DNA of 64,000 bases from Bacteriovoracia bacterium (GTDB lineage: Bacteria > Bdellovibrionota > Bacteriovoracia > Bacteriovoracales > Bacteriovoracaceae), in contig JBKHVI010000004.1 in assembly GCA_046570105.1 (NCBI GenBank), positions 1-64,000 on the forward strand, in the 5' to 3' direction. How positions within the stretch are numbered: the first letter of the stretch is position 1; each line of letters starts with the position of its first letter. Positions 57,197 through 64,000 of the stretch are shown piece by piece. The notes under the pieces are model-generated. The model did no database searches, was not told where the DNA came from, and worked only from the letters and a program-made list of their open reading frames with translations. Both the position numbers and the translations under genes were made by a program.

Positions 57197-59212
57197 CTAG
57201 ATTCGCTTCGGATAGAAGTTCATCGGCTGCTTCACTTCAACTGTACCGCCACCCATGGGCTCGGGGAATTGGATACCGCGCAGGACATCGACGACACAGC
57301 GTTTGACCTGACCGGGGAGACTGGAAGCATCATCCACACCCGCTTGAGCGACGTGGCCGGAAGCTCCGATGACAAAGTTCAACTTGATCACCGCTTGCAG
57401 CTCAGCCCCTGAACGATCGAGCTCTGATTGATAACAGAAGCGAAACTTTGGCAGGTTATCCATCAAGATTCGACGAATCACATCGGGATCCATTGAACCC
57501 AGTACCACCGTTTCGGCTGGTATACCGGCGGTGAAGATAGCACGTTTGGCGGAAAGTCCTTCAGCACCTTTGGATGTTCCGATTGTTCCCGTCGTAGCAC
57601 CAGTGAGACTTCCGCCTCCTGCTGTCACGGCCGCTTTTTGTAGCTCAGTACCTGAACCAGAACCTTGCACAGCACCTGAACCGAAATCACTGCCCGAACC
57701 TGTTGCCGATTTAGTCGTCACACCTGAAAGTGAGCCGCCTTTAGCGAGCATGGTATTAACTGTGCTCGAGAAATCAGCTGATTTATAAACATCAACAGGA
57801 CCGCGAGTCGCCGATGGGTACTGAGACTTCACAGTCGCGCTCTTGGCCGTTTGAGATTTAGCAGGATTGCCCGCACCAGCAGTCGCCGGTTTAGGTGTGG
57901 TGAGTTTTGGATCACCTTGCTTCACTACGACTTTTTGTGGAGCAGTCACTTTACCTGGATCAGGCTTACCTGTTTTTTTATTTTCTTGAATGTCAGGTTT
58001 CTCGATTGGCTTAGCTACTTTAGGCTCTTCTTTTTTCACTGCAACTTTTGGAGGAGCTTTTTGAGGTTGAGGCTTCTCTTTAGGAGTGCTCTCCACTGTT
58101 TTATTGGTGTTCACCATCAGCTTTTGGCGATAGAGAATCGTCGCCAAACGCTCTGGGGCCTTTTCTTCTTCTTTTTCTTCTTCTTCAAATTGAGCGAACT
58201 GAATGCCACCACTCAAAAGTGCGGTAAAAAACAAGAATAAGAAAAGATAGCGACGAAGAACGGGATCACGTCGCAACATTGGAGCTGCCGCTACTTTCGG
58301 AGGAGCTTCAACATTTCTTACAAAGATTTGAATATCGCCTTTAAAGAAGCGCAGAATATCTTGCGGCTTAATATCGACCGGCGCTCCGCCTTGATTAACG
58401 GACTTAGATTGATTCTCACTTAAATGAAGAATCTCGTAGCCTGGTAATTTATGAACTGAGGCTTGGCCGCCACGCATTTCAATAAAGGGAACTTTTTCAG
58501 CTTTACCTAAATAAGGAAATTCTAAATCTTTGCCCTCAGGCCTAAATCCTGCCAAATGATAAGTGCCGTCTGAGTCAGGCAAATAGTCGACAGCGTACAC
58601 GCGATCTTTAAATAGTATGATGACTTCAACTGCTTGCTTGGCAGCATCGTAGCGAAAGATGGGATAGAGCGTTTCAACATCTTCAAAAATGTATTCACTC
58701 TGATCGGCCTTAGGATCTGCCGCGAGAGGATAAATAATATAAGGAGCATCCGTGACCGCCACTGTCGGAGCGACAGGTGGCTTTTTTGCTTGTAAGTCTT
58801 CAGTCGGAAGTTGCGGTGGAAGCTTAGTAGAAGCTGTTCCTGCCGCAGGCTCAAGTGACTCTAGTACGGGAGGAAGATTCTCCTCGGGACGATACGCAAT
58901 AAATGAGAGATCAATATCAGCGAGTGAAAAACTGTCGCCTGGTCGAAGATCTGCGACAACGACTTTCTTACCGCCTACCCAAGTGCCATTGGTTGAATTC
59001 ATATCGTAGATCTTTGCGCTATCAGCAAAAACTTCGATAACCGCATGAATGGCTGAAATTGAATCACTGTCTATAATGACATCACAAGATTCAGCTCGAC
59101 CCACCAAAAGGCGACCTTTACTGATAACATCCCCTTCCACTCGCACACGAGGGTCACGGGCCTTGAGACGAAACAACAGACGCTGACCGGCTTTTTGAAT
59201 ATCCACGCTCAA
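57197..59212 (-). CDS. gltG: FHA domain plus TM plus TonB-like (AgmX/PglI) C-terminal gliding protein
   Basis: FHA (GR..S..HA..D..STNGT), TM, Pro/Lys-rich linker, C-terminal FRFCY..L.F.IGASG.V..C..FP.P.GG..V.V..P. Confidence 0.8.
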   Translation of the reverse strand: MSVDIQKAGQRLLFRLKARDPRVRVEGDVISKGRLLVGRAESCDVIIDSDSISAIHAVIEVFADSAKIYDMNSTNGTWVGGKKVVVADLRPGDSFSLADIDLSFIAYRPEENLPPVLESLEPAAGTASTKLPPQLPTEDLQAKKPPVAPTVAVTDAPYIIYPLAADPKADQSEYIFEDVETLYPIFRYDAAKQAVEVIILFKDRVYAVDYLPDSDGTYHLAGFRPEGKDLEFPYLGKAEKVPFIEMRGGQASVHKLPGYEILHLSENQSKSVNQGGAPVDIKPQDILRFFKGDIQIFVRNVEAPPKVAAAPMLRRDPVLRRYLFLFLFFTALLSGGIQFAQFEEEEKEEEKAPERLATILYRQKLMVNTNKTVESTPKEKPQPQKAPPKVAVKKEEPKVAKPIEKPDIQENKKTGKPDPGKVTAPQKVVVKQGDPKLTTPKPATAGAGNPAKSQTAKSATVKSQYPSATRGPVDVYKSADFSSTVNTMLAKGGSLSGVTTKSATGSGSDFGSGAVQGSGSGTELQKAAVTAGGGSLTGATTGTIGTSKGAEGLSAKRAIFTAGIPAETVVLGSMDPDVIRRILMDNLPKFRFCYQSELDRSGAELQAVIKLNFVIGASGHVAQAGVDDASSLPGQVKRCVVDVLRGIQFPEPMGGGTVEVKQPMNFYPKRI

Positions 59213-59218
59213 ATCCTT

Positions 59219-59473
59219 TTAGCGAATACCACTTGCTGATTTACGCATTTCTTTGGCAAAACTTTTTCTCTCCGGCAACTTATTGCCATAGTTCTTACGA
59301 GGAGTCGGTGCCACAGAGATATCCCCCGGCGCTCCTGACTCACCTTCGACTCCGATTTCTTCGAAATCAAATCGTTCAAATTTTTTATATTCATAAATCA
59401 CTTTCTTCTTTGGCTTCGATTGTGCCAAAGCCGAGAGTGAAGACATTAAAACTAAAATCAAGAATAGCTTCAT
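59219..59473 (-). CDS. gltF: Small secreted gliding protein CglF/GltF-like
   Basis: Signal peptide; FDFE..VEG...P...R..F..EM.KS pattern; position in the cluster. Confidence 0.7.
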   Translation of the reverse strand: MKLFLILVLMSSLSALAQSKPKKKVIYEYKKFERFDFEEIGVEGESGAPGDISVAPTPRKNYGNKLPERKSFAKEMRKSASGIR

Positions 59474-59474
59474 G

Positions 59475-60371
59475 CTAATCTCCTATGACCCGTTTAAGTT
59501 CGTTGGCGTAACGCTTGGCCAAACCTTCAGCATCAGTTGCTGATAATAAATCTTTTGCCAGATCTTTTTTACCGAGACGATAGGCCGTGAGAGACATATT
59601 TAAACCTACATCGCTTCTGCGGCGTAATTTATCGGGAACCAAAGAGAAATGTTCCCAAGCTTCTTCCCAACGTGCGAGTACCGCTAAGCTATTGGCTAAG
59701 CCAATACGAACTTCAACATCGTTAGGGGCTTCATTCGATAGACCTTGGAAAATCGGGAGCGACTTATCAGCAAGACCATAATTTAAAAGAAGATGGGCTT
59801 GATTGTAGCGAGGTGTGCGAGTGAACTGACCATTCTTCAAAGCTCTCTGCAACGCTACCTGCGCTTTCTGATCTTGATTGTTTTTTCCGTAGATCACACC
59901 AATATTGTTTAACGCTGGTACATAGTCAGGAGAGACTTCGATCGCTTTGTTATAGAACAACAAAGCTTTGCGTTCATTGCCCTGTAAGAGGTAGCAAGTC
60001 GCTATTTGATTCCAATAAGTCGGAAGCTTCAGATGAGTATTGAAAATAGCTTCGGCAATCCCAAAGGCACGCTGATAATCACGCTCATAACAACTTGCCA
60101 TCATCACAGCGAGTGGATCTTTTCCGGCCAGAATCTCTTTCATCTCAGCATCAGAGGCATTATTAGCTGACTCACTCAAAAGAACGTTGTCGCCCTTACC
60201 TTTAGCATTGTAGTGATCTTGTCCCGGAGTATAGACGATAGGTTTCTTTTTTGCGAAATCTTGATTGCTGATGACAACACCAGCGGCTGGATCAGCTTCC
60301 AATGCCTTCTTAGAGCTTGGTCCACCAGCGCAACCTGCCAAAAGAATGGATAGAACAAATGCGTATTTCAT
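59475..60371 (-). CDS. gltE: TPR lipoprotein (GltE/AglT-like)
   Basis: Lipobox LAG-C; TPRs (ALNNIGVIY); cluster synteny. Confidence 0.7.
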   Translation of the reverse strand: MKYAFVLSILLAGCAGGPSSKKALEADPAAGVVISNQDFAKKKPIVYTPGQDHYNAKGKGDNVLLSESANNASDAEMKEILAGKDPLAVMMASCYERDYQRAFGIAEAIFNTHLKLPTYWNQIATCYLLQGNERKALLFYNKAIEVSPDYVPALNNIGVIYGKNNQDQKAQVALQRALKNGQFTRTPRYNQAHLLLNYGLADKSLPIFQGLSNEAPNDVEVRIGLANSLAVLARWEEAWEHFSLVPDKLRRRSDVGLNMSLTAYRLGKKDLAKDLLSATDAEGLAKRYANELKRVIGD

Positions 60372-63250
60372 TTTACGCCTCCACGATCCATTAGCACCAT
60401 TGAGCCCTGCTTCTGATAGGAAGGAACAACATCAGCACCTTGAATGGCCAGCATTTCAAAATTGTCTTCAGACAAAATGGTATTTTTTTGGATCAATTGT
60501 TTTACATCCATTCGTCTTTTCTGTGCTGTTTGGAGAATAGGCGTCCAAACACCTGACATCGCCTTTCGGAAACTTTCAACGTACTCAGGACTTTTACCTT
60601 CAGGAGAAAACAGTCTAAGTTCTTCAGCGAAGGCTTCATAGGAGTTGATCAGAATTTTGTAAGCTTTTACGATGCCTTTACCTGAACCTGTCTTTTGGAT
60701 TTCATTGACATCAACAGTAAGTGAATCAAGCATTGAGAGTTTGGCTTTAACAGTCTGATTGAAGTTTTGCTCAGGGAACACCAGCTTCATATTTCCAAGT
60801 TGAATGCGTTTTTGCTCAAGCTTAGGCATTAAGCCGAGGGCGATAATATCCAGGGCTTCTACTGGAATATCTAGGTTCTTTGCTTTGGCGCTTCGATAGA
60901 TTGCAAGTATTTGGCTTCCAAGTAGCTGTGCCTTATCGGTATCACCCAGGCCAATATATGTTTGGCGTAAATTTTCCAAATAAACAATTGTAAGGGGTGC
61001 CTGGGATTTACTTTCAGTCACGGGTCTGATGACTTCAGCCAACGATTCCCAACGCTTCAACCGTGCATATTCTTTGGCAAGCTCAAGACGGGCTTCATTC
61101 ATTGTGCCAACATCGATTCCACAACGTGCGCCAAGCCCCATCACTTCTTCAGCTTTATCTATTTTTCCTTCTGCTAACCAAAGGAAAACCGAGTTCTTGA
61201 AGGCAGTGTTCTTGGCCGCGAGACCCTCAGTGCAAAGTTTGGCGACTGTTCGCGCTCCAAGATCTGCTGACTGCTGAAAGCGCTGCCTGAGGAAGAGGTT
61301 GCTGGAAATTGCTAAGAATGAGGTTGAGAATTGTTTGGCCTCTTTGCCATCCATTTCTTGTAATGCTACGACCGCCCACTTGTAGCTTTCTGGTAAATCA
61401 CCGGCTTCATAATAAAGCGCTGCTAAGTTGTAAGCAGCGTTCGCCTTAGCGCGCGGAGTACTTTCGTTGCTGTTGTAGATGCGAATATAGCTTTTAAGCG
61501 CTGTGCTCTTATCACCTTTATCAAGTGCCATTTGGGCACCTTCAATTTGAATCTTTGTCATGAGCTGACGAAGAGCATCTGCATACTTCTTAGAAACTTT
61601 ATAAGTCCCATTATTGATTTCAGTCACAAAGAATTTAACTTTTGAATAGTCTTTCTTCTTACGTGCATGCTCCATTACTTCTGCTAGCATCGCTTCCTGA
61701 GTTTTAAAATCTTCGGGATAAGTTTTGGCATAGCCGTTCATCACTTTCTCAGCGTTATCAACGTCATTACGACTCATATACACTTTGAAAAGTTTTTGAC
61801 GAATGACTTTGGCACGAGCAGAGCTTCCGTCCTGCGCTAAGTATGATGTGTATACCGGAACATAGTATTTTTCCGCCAACGATTGAGGGAAGCCTTTCTG
61901 ACCTAGCGCCGCCAACATCCCTTCCATTGCCTGCGAGGCTACTTTTGAATTTTTCTCTTTCAAGGCCGAGCTATTCGCAAGCTGATAGGATTCCATCGCC
62001 TCAGTATATTTTCCTGCTGCGTAAGCCGTTTCACCTTTAAAGAAAGTCGGCTCCGCTGTCTGCCCAGGACGTAAGCGTGCCAATAAAGTAAAGTACGCAT
62101 TGGCCTGACGGGCACGTAGCTCACGGGTTTTCTTCACATTTTTATAGATATCAGAGGCAGCCGCTTTTTGAAGTTCGGCAGCTTTCTTCGCCACTTGATA
62201 CTCTAAAATCTTAGTTTGAGAGCGATCTAGCTTACGGTCTTCAAAAAGTTTTGTGAGTTCCTCTGAAGCCTTTAAATGAGGTGGGACTTTTTCGAATTTA
62301 TCAAACAGATCTAACTGCAAAGTTAGGACTTCAGCACGACCCTCTGTCGTTTTCTGCATGGAGGCAGCTTCATTGGCCAATTGCTCAGCTTGAGTAAATT
62401 TACCTTGAGCAATCAGTACTTTCGCAATTTTGATCAGATGATTTGAAAAATCGATATTCTGAGCTTTATACCACTTGATCGCTTCGTCAGTACGACGTGC
62501 CTCAATAAAGAATCCACCCAGATCTCTTTCAACAAAATGACTCATATTGATGAAACGTTGATCAGAGGACTTCTGATGAATTTCTTTCATCAGATTAATG
62601 GCTTTGGTGTAATTCTTCACACGGTAGTAACACCAAGCAAGATTAAAAGCGTCTTTAGTCCACCATGTTTCATTTATTTTAGAAAGAGCACTTTCATATA
62701 GAGGAATGGCCTTAGAGAACTGAGCCTTATTATATAGAGAGTCAGCTAGGGCTAATTGTGATTTATGAAAGGTATTACTCCCCTTGCGCGCCTTCTTGGT
62801 GGCAAGAGCGAAATATTTTTGAGCTTGATCGTATTGCTTCAGCTCACGTGCATTGTAGGCAAGGATATAATAAACGTCAGCAATGTCTTTATAATTAGGG
62901 AATTGCTTAGTCACAGCCGTTGCATATTGATTGGCCACCTGAAAGTTTCGATTTGATCCAGCGTAGGCTTTGTTTTGATCGGCAGATCTTCGCTGTTCAG
63001 CTGGCAAGGCCAAGAAACGCTCGTTCTCACTCTCGCGTACTAGACGAGCTTTTTCTAAGTTCAGTTCAGCCGCACGCAACAATAGTTCTGGATCTCGGTT
63101 GCCTCTTTGCTTAGATAAGCGAGTCACCTCATTGAGTTCTTCATCAATGATATCGAGAATGCGACCACGACGCTCATCTTCAGAGATTTTAGCTCCCCAA
63201 ATATTAGTCGTGGCGATGAGGAGTAGTACCGTTAGTACGTGCTTTAACAT
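60368..63250 (-). CDS. gltD: Large secreted TPR protein (GltD/AgmU-like)
   Basis: Signal peptide; many TPRs (AFNLAWCYY, AAYNLA.LY); cluster synteny. Confidence 0.75.
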   Translation of the reverse strand: MLKHVLTVLLLIATTNIWGAKISEDERRGRILDIIDEELNEVTRLSKQRGNRDPELLLRAAELNLEKARLVRESENERFLALPAEQRRSADQNKAYAGSNRNFQVANQYATAVTKQFPNYKDIADVYYILAYNARELKQYDQAQKYFALATKKARKGSNTFHKSQLALADSLYNKAQFSKAIPLYESALSKINETWWTKDAFNLAWCYYRVKNYTKAINLMKEIHQKSSDQRFINMSHFVERDLGGFFIEARRTDEAIKWYKAQNIDFSNHLIKIAKVLIAQGKFTQAEQLANEAASMQKTTEGRAEVLTLQLDLFDKFEKVPPHLKASEELTKLFEDRKLDRSQTKILEYQVAKKAAELQKAAASDIYKNVKKTRELRARQANAYFTLLARLRPGQTAEPTFFKGETAYAAGKYTEAMESYQLANSSALKEKNSKVASQAMEGMLAALGQKGFPQSLAEKYYVPVYTSYLAQDGSSARAKVIRQKLFKVYMSRNDVDNAEKVMNGYAKTYPEDFKTQEAMLAEVMEHARKKKDYSKVKFFVTEINNGTYKVSKKYADALRQLMTKIQIEGAQMALDKGDKSTALKSYIRIYNSNESTPRAKANAAYNLAALYYEAGDLPESYKWAVVALQEMDGKEAKQFSTSFLAISSNLFLRQRFQQSADLGARTVAKLCTEGLAAKNTAFKNSVFLWLAEGKIDKAEEVMGLGARCGIDVGTMNEARLELAKEYARLKRWESLAEVIRPVTESKSQAPLTIVYLENLRQTYIGLGDTDKAQLLGSQILAIYRSAKAKNLDIPVEALDIIALGLMPKLEQKRIQLGNMKLVFPEQNFNQTVKAKLSMLDSLTVDVNEIQKTGSGKGIVKAYKILINSYEAFAEELRLFSPEGKSPEYVESFRKAMSGVWTPILQTAQKRRMDVKQLIQKNTILSEDNFEMLAIQGADVVPSYQKQGSMVLMDRGGVK

Positions 63251-63999
63251 TCAGACCCCAATGCGAAGACATAGTCGCCTAACTCATCGGCCCAGAACTC
63301 ACCATTAAAGTCCCAGAAGTATTGTTTATCGTTGCGGTCGATGTAGCGAATATCTCCTCGCTTCCCACCCGATGATTTTGACTCATAAAGTGACTGTTTC
63401 TTGCGAGAGAGAACTTCGAGCTTGATAAAACTCATATCCTGGAAAGACTGTGTGAGGGCGGTGTATTTATCATGCATTTGAGCACGGGCGTAACTTCCCA
63501 GAAGGTCTTGGTAATTACCCACAACTTCTTTTACGTTTCTCATCAGTGCAACGGCCATGCGACCATTGCCCAAAGACTTTAGAGTACTAAATTCTTTGAT
63601 CGCATCTATGTAGGCTTGTTTCATCTCTTGCCAAGCAGGATCTTTAGAAACCGAAAGCAACAAGGCCTGCATCAAAAAATCTTTTGCCGATCTATCTTGT
63701 TCAAAGGTTGTGACTAAACGGAAGTAATAGTTATAGTCGCGACCATGTGACACAAGAAAGCTGCGAAGATCTTTTGAGGGCTCAAGCCAGCGAGTGTAGA
63801 AATCTTCGACGATGCCATTTACATCGCTGTAGAGACACATTCTTAAGTAAGCCATCGCCTTCAGAACTTCAATCTCTGGATTAAAGACGAAATCAAAGAC
63901 TGGGGCCTTATAGGAAACTAATTTACCGAGGGTTCTATTGTAGTTTTTTAGATAGTAACTCGACCAAGCTTCCTCGAATAAAATTTCAGGCCAGACATA
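63244..63999 (-). CDS. gltC: GltC-like TPR gliding protein (5' truncated by window end)
   Basis: Frame is open to the window edge (YVWPEILFEEAWS..TLGKL...AP.F...PE..LKA); C-terminal W.F.GEFW.DELG.Y.....S.C. Confidence 0.75.
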   Translation of the reverse strand, partial: YVWPEILFEEAWSSYYLKNYNRTLGKLVSYKAPVFDFVFNPEIEVLKAMAYLRMCLYSDVNGIVEDFYTRWLEPSKDLRSFLVSHGRDYNYYFRLVTTFEQDRSAKDFLMQALLLSVSKDPAWQEMKQAYIDAIKEFSTLKSLGNGRMAVALMRNVKEVVGNYQDLLGSYARAQMHDKYTALTQSFQDMSFIKLEVLSRKKQSLYESKSSGGKRGDIRYIDRNDKQYFWDFNGEFWADELGDYVFALGSEC

Positions 64000-64000
64000 T

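Overview
Gene-dense bacterial chromosomal window of about 60 CDS. I found no rRNA, tRNA, CRISPR array, prophage or IS element. Gene content suggests a predatory Bdellovibrionota, probably Bacteriovoracaceae-like (inference): an aglRQS/gltC-G gliding cluster, many secreted hydrolases and orphan secreted proteins, an RxPAS motif and FliA-type promoters. Recognisable loci are menA-menC-menE, apaG, msrB, metH-metF, phoX, mgtE, manC, nagB, psd, an HtrA protease, a peptide ABC transporter lacking its ATPase, groESL, polA, trxA, gmhA and the gliding machinery. The main observations not in the ORF track are: (1) a 50-aa very basic ORF at 5946-6098 whose SD lies in a hairpin, with the same stem-base sequence (GGCTGGCC...GACCAGGAG) recurring at the SD of an unrelated gene near 40.1 kb; (2) a sigma54 activator followed directly by a consensus -24/-12 promoter and an uncharacterised HTH/wHTH/lipoprotein operon; (3) a three-gene receiver-domain operon with a 974-aa acidic TDDLG-repeat protein and a shared C-terminal tail; (4) a membrane protein with 53 consecutive Lxx triplets; (5) a ClC gene split at an in-phase A-AAA-AAA heptamer, a deletion-damaged Cys-repeat gene, and a signal-peptide-like ORF separated by one TAA from a deacetylase; (6) several FliA-type promoters that would give nearly leaderless mRNAs. 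All calls come from manual motif reading; no database searches were run.
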